A stretch of DNA of 62,242 nt, from contig CAZLNH010000017.1 in the NCBI GenBank assembly GCA_964560775.1, forward strand, positions 1-62,242, in the 5' to 3' direction. The stretch comes from an uncultured Woeseiaceae bacterium. GTDB lineage: Bacteria > Pseudomonadota > Gammaproteobacteria > Steroidobacterales > Woeseiaceae. The notes beneath the pieces are model-generated. The model worked only from the letters and a program-made list of their open reading frames with translations, searched no databases and was not told the origin of the DNA. This document shows, piece by piece, positions 59,630 to 62,242 of the stretch; position 1 is the first letter of the stretch, and every line of letters starts with the position of its first letter. Both the position numbers and the translations under genes were made by a program.

Positions 59630-60913
59630 ATGAAAATTTTTGAGCAATGGGAATCGGAGGTCCGCGGCTATTGCCGGTTGTACCCGACGGTTTTCAAGTC
59701 GGCATCGAATGCGCGGCAGGTCGATGAGGCCGGCAAATCGTATATCGATTTCTTCGCTGGCGCCGGTGTCCTGAATTTCGGCCACAACAACGAGCGCATG
59801 AAAAAGGCATTGATTCGATTTATCGAAGCCGATGGTGTGGCACACAGCCTCGACATGTACACGACGGTCAAACGCGATTTCATTGCGAAGTTCGCCGGTA
59901 CGATACTCGAACCGCGCAACATGAAGTACAAGATGCAGTTCACCGGGCCGACAGGCACCAATGCCGTTGAAGCGGCGCTGAAACTCGCGCGCAGGGTCAC
60001 CGGCCGGCAAACCGTTATCGCCTATACGCACGGGTTCCACGGCATGACACTGGGTTCGCTGGCCTGCACCAGCAATTCGTATTTTCGCAATGCCGCCGGC
60101 GTACCGCTCAATCACGTCAGGCATCAGCCGTTCGGTTGCGAAAAAACCTGCATGGACTGCACGATGGGCTGCGGCCTCGAGTCGGTCGACAGGCTGCGTG
60201 CATTGTTTGACGATTCGTCATCCGGTGTTGAAAAGCCCGCGGCGTTTCTCGTCGAGGCCATCCAGGCCGAGGGCGGCGTCAAGGTGGCCAGCAAGGAATG
60301 GCTGCAGGCCACGCAGAAACTCGCCCGCGATACCGGCGCGCTGTTCATCCTCGATGATATACAGGCGGGCTGTGGCCGCACCGGCAACTATTTCAGCTTC
60401 GACGGCATGGATCTCGATCCGGACATCATCAATCTCGCGAAGGGCATCGGCGGTTTTGGCACGCCGCTTGCGATGAACCTCGTCAAGCCCGAGCACGACA
60501 AGCACTGGGCGCCGGGAGAGCATACCGGGACGTTCCGTGGCCAGGGCCTGTCGTTTGCCGCCGGCATCGAAGCGCTCGGCTATTTCGACAATGACGAGTT
60601 GATGCAAGAGGTGCGGCGCAAGGGCAAGCAGATGGCCGAGCATCTGGACGGCATCTGCAAACGCGTCAGTGGCAGGCGCTTCCAGGTGCGCGGCAAGGGC
60701 ATGATGCAGGGACTTGATACCGGCGATGGTGAGACGGCGAAACAGATTGCGTCACGCGCGTTCGAGTCCGGACTGCTGGTCGGTTCCAGCGGCACGGGCG
60801 GCCGGGTACTCAAGCTGATCCCGCCGTTGACAATTCCGCAGGCGGACCTCGACGAGGGGCTGCAGATTCTGTCCGATTCCGTAGGTGAAATTGCAAAGGT
60901 GAAAGCGGCATGA
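59630..60913 (+). CDS. Diaminobutyrate aminotransferase (class III, EctB/DoeD-like)
   Basis: ESEVRGYCR, DFFAGAGVLNFGHN, GPTGTNAVEAALK, DDIQAGCGRTG, PGEHTGTFRG. Confidence 0.85.
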   Translation: MKIFEQWESEVRGYCRLYPTVFKSASNARQVDEAGKSYIDFFAGAGVLNFGHNNERMKKALIRFIEADGVAHSLDMYTTVKRDFIAKFAGTILEPRNMKYKMQFTGPTGTNAVEAALKLARRVTGRQTVIAYTHGFHGMTLGSLACTSNSYFRNAAGVPLNHVRHQPFGCEKTCMDCTMGCGLESVDRLRALFDDSSSGVEKPAAFLVEAIQAEGGVKVASKEWLQATQKLARDTGALFILDDIQAGCGRTGNYFSFDGMDLDPDIINLAKGIGGFGTPLAMNLVKPEHDKHWAPGEHTGTFRGQGLSFAAGIEALGYFDNDELMQEVRRKGKQMAEHLDGICKRVSGRRFQVRGKGMMQGLDTGDGETAKQIASRAFESGLLVGSSGTGGRVLKLIPPLTIPQADLDEGLQILSDSVGEIAKVKAA

Positions 60914-62136
60914 TTCGACGCGATGACATGACGTTTCCGTTCGAAGAGTACGAACGGCGGGTCGGTGACCTGCGTGAGCGCATGGAAAAACGGCTGCTTG
61001 ACGCCGTGGTCATCACCGACCCGGAAAACCTGATGTACCTGACGGACTACCAGACTACCGGCTACTCGTTTTTCCAGGCGCTGGTCGTGCCGCTCGAGGA
61101 CGAACCGTTCATGATCACGCGGTTCCTGGAGGAATCGAACATCCATGCGCGCACTTGGGTAGAGCGCACACGTCCGTATCCCGATACCGGTGATGCAATC
61201 CAGATGCTGGTCGAGTCGTTGCGTGAGTTCGGCCTGAGCGGCAAGCACATTGGCTACGAACGCAACAGCTACTTTTTCCCCGCCTATCACCAAGACAGCA
61301 TTCACACGACGTTTCTCAATGGACGGCTGCTCGACTGCTTCGGCATCGTCGAGCAGGGACGAATCACGAAATCGCCGGTGGAAATCGACGTCATGAGGCG
61401 CGCGGCCGAGGCGACCGAAGCCGGCATGAAGGCGGGCTATGAATCCGTCGTTGCCGGGGCAACCGAAAACGAAATCGGTGCCGCAATCAGCAACGCCATG
61501 TTCCGCGCCGGCGGCGAGCCACCGGCCGTGATGCCGTATGTCACTTCCGGGCCACGGACGATGATCGGTCATGCAACGTGGGAAGGCCGCACGGTGCAGC
61601 CCGGTGAGCATGTATTTCTCGAGGTTGGCGGCTGCTTTCGCCGCTACCATACAGCGATGATGCGCACCGTCGTTCTTGGCGAGCTGACGGATTCGATGTA
61701 CAAGGCGCAGGAAAAAATGAAGCTGGCGCTGCGGTCGGTCAAGGCAATTATTCGTCCGGGGCTGACTGTATCCGATGCCGACAACCTCGTGCGGTCTATC
61801 ATCAGCGAGAACGACATAGGCGCGAGCCTTATTACGCGCTCAGGCTATTCCATCGGTATTGCCTTTCCGCCCAGCTGGGACGAAGGTTATATCGTCAGCC
61901 TGAAGCAGGGGAACACAACACCACTCGAAGAAGGCATGACATTCCATATCATTCCGTGGATGTGGGGCGTCGATGGCGACAAGACCGTCGGTATTTCGGA
62001 TACGATCTACGTGACCGCTGACAGTTGTGAGTCGTTCTTTACGCTCGATGAGGACTTCCTCGTCAAGCCGGAACACGCTGCGTCGTCGTCGGCAAAGACC
62101 GAAACGATTGCGCGCATCGGTGACGCCAGCGCCTGA
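60910..62136 (+). CDS. doeA: M24-family protein, probable ectoine hydrolase
   Basis: F..EEYERR N-terminus, KSPVEI, RYHTAMMRT, RSGYSIGIAFPPSWDEG; lacks the canonical prolidase metal ligands. Confidence 0.78.
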   Translation: MIRRDDMTFPFEEYERRVGDLRERMEKRLLDAVVITDPENLMYLTDYQTTGYSFFQALVVPLEDEPFMITRFLEESNIHARTWVERTRPYPDTGDAIQMLVESLREFGLSGKHIGYERNSYFFPAYHQDSIHTTFLNGRLLDCFGIVEQGRITKSPVEIDVMRRAAEATEAGMKAGYESVVAGATENEIGAAISNAMFRAGGEPPAVMPYVTSGPRTMIGHATWEGRTVQPGEHVFLEVGGCFRRYHTAMMRTVVLGELTDSMYKAQEKMKLALRSVKAIIRPGLTVSDADNLVRSIISENDIGASLITRSGYSIGIAFPPSWDEGYIVSLKQGNTTPLEEGMTFHIIPWMWGVDGDKTVGISDTIYVTADSCESFFTLDEDFLVKPEHAASSSAKTETIARIGDASA

Positions 62137-62157
62137 GTCAACACACCCCGTCGTCCC

Positions 62158-62242
62158 GCCGTTGCGAGCCGCAAAGCGGCGTGGCAATCTCGTGAACATT
62201 ACCACGGTGCCAGGTTTACGAGGTCGCCACGCCGCGTTGCGG
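62158..62242. repeat. REP-like palindromic repeat, cut by the window end
   Basis: GTTGCGAGCCGCAAAGCGGCGTGGCAATCTCG...CGAGGTCGCCACGCCGC. Confidence 0.7.

Noticed and set aside
59630-60913. ectB of an ectoine biosynthesis cluster
   Set aside because: No ectA or ectC adjacent; the neighbours are hydrolases consistent with catabolism.

Overview
GC-rich bacterial DNA; gene content suggests a marine/sediment gammaproteobacterium (inference only). (1) About 1-10.2 kb is a decaying accessory island. It holds a + strand integron cassette array with six full-length and two truncated attC sites and no integrase in the window, plus ParDE and AbiE-type TA modules and a parE/IS91-transposase/glycosyltransferase fusion scar. 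The array is bracketed by two equally spaced 133-bp units, each carrying the 5' end of a low-molecular-weight protein tyrosine phosphatase gene (VLFxCMG) and an arm-site-like motif. A 24-bp GNC-N6-TGGCCG-N6-GNC motif marks several array genes that lack attC; this is my best candidate for an undescribed cassette system. (2) About 11-62 kb is mostly envelope and metabolic genes: two ECF sigma/anti-sigma modules with readable promoter sets, large secreted/adhesin proteins, a chrA/TonB-receptor deletion junction, a CysK-glutaredoxin fusion, a Crp/Fnr island with a repeated GTGCG-N4-CGCAC operator, modABC and a probable ectoine catabolic operon. No rRNA, tRNA or CRISPR array was seen. All family calls come from motif recognition by eye, not database searches.
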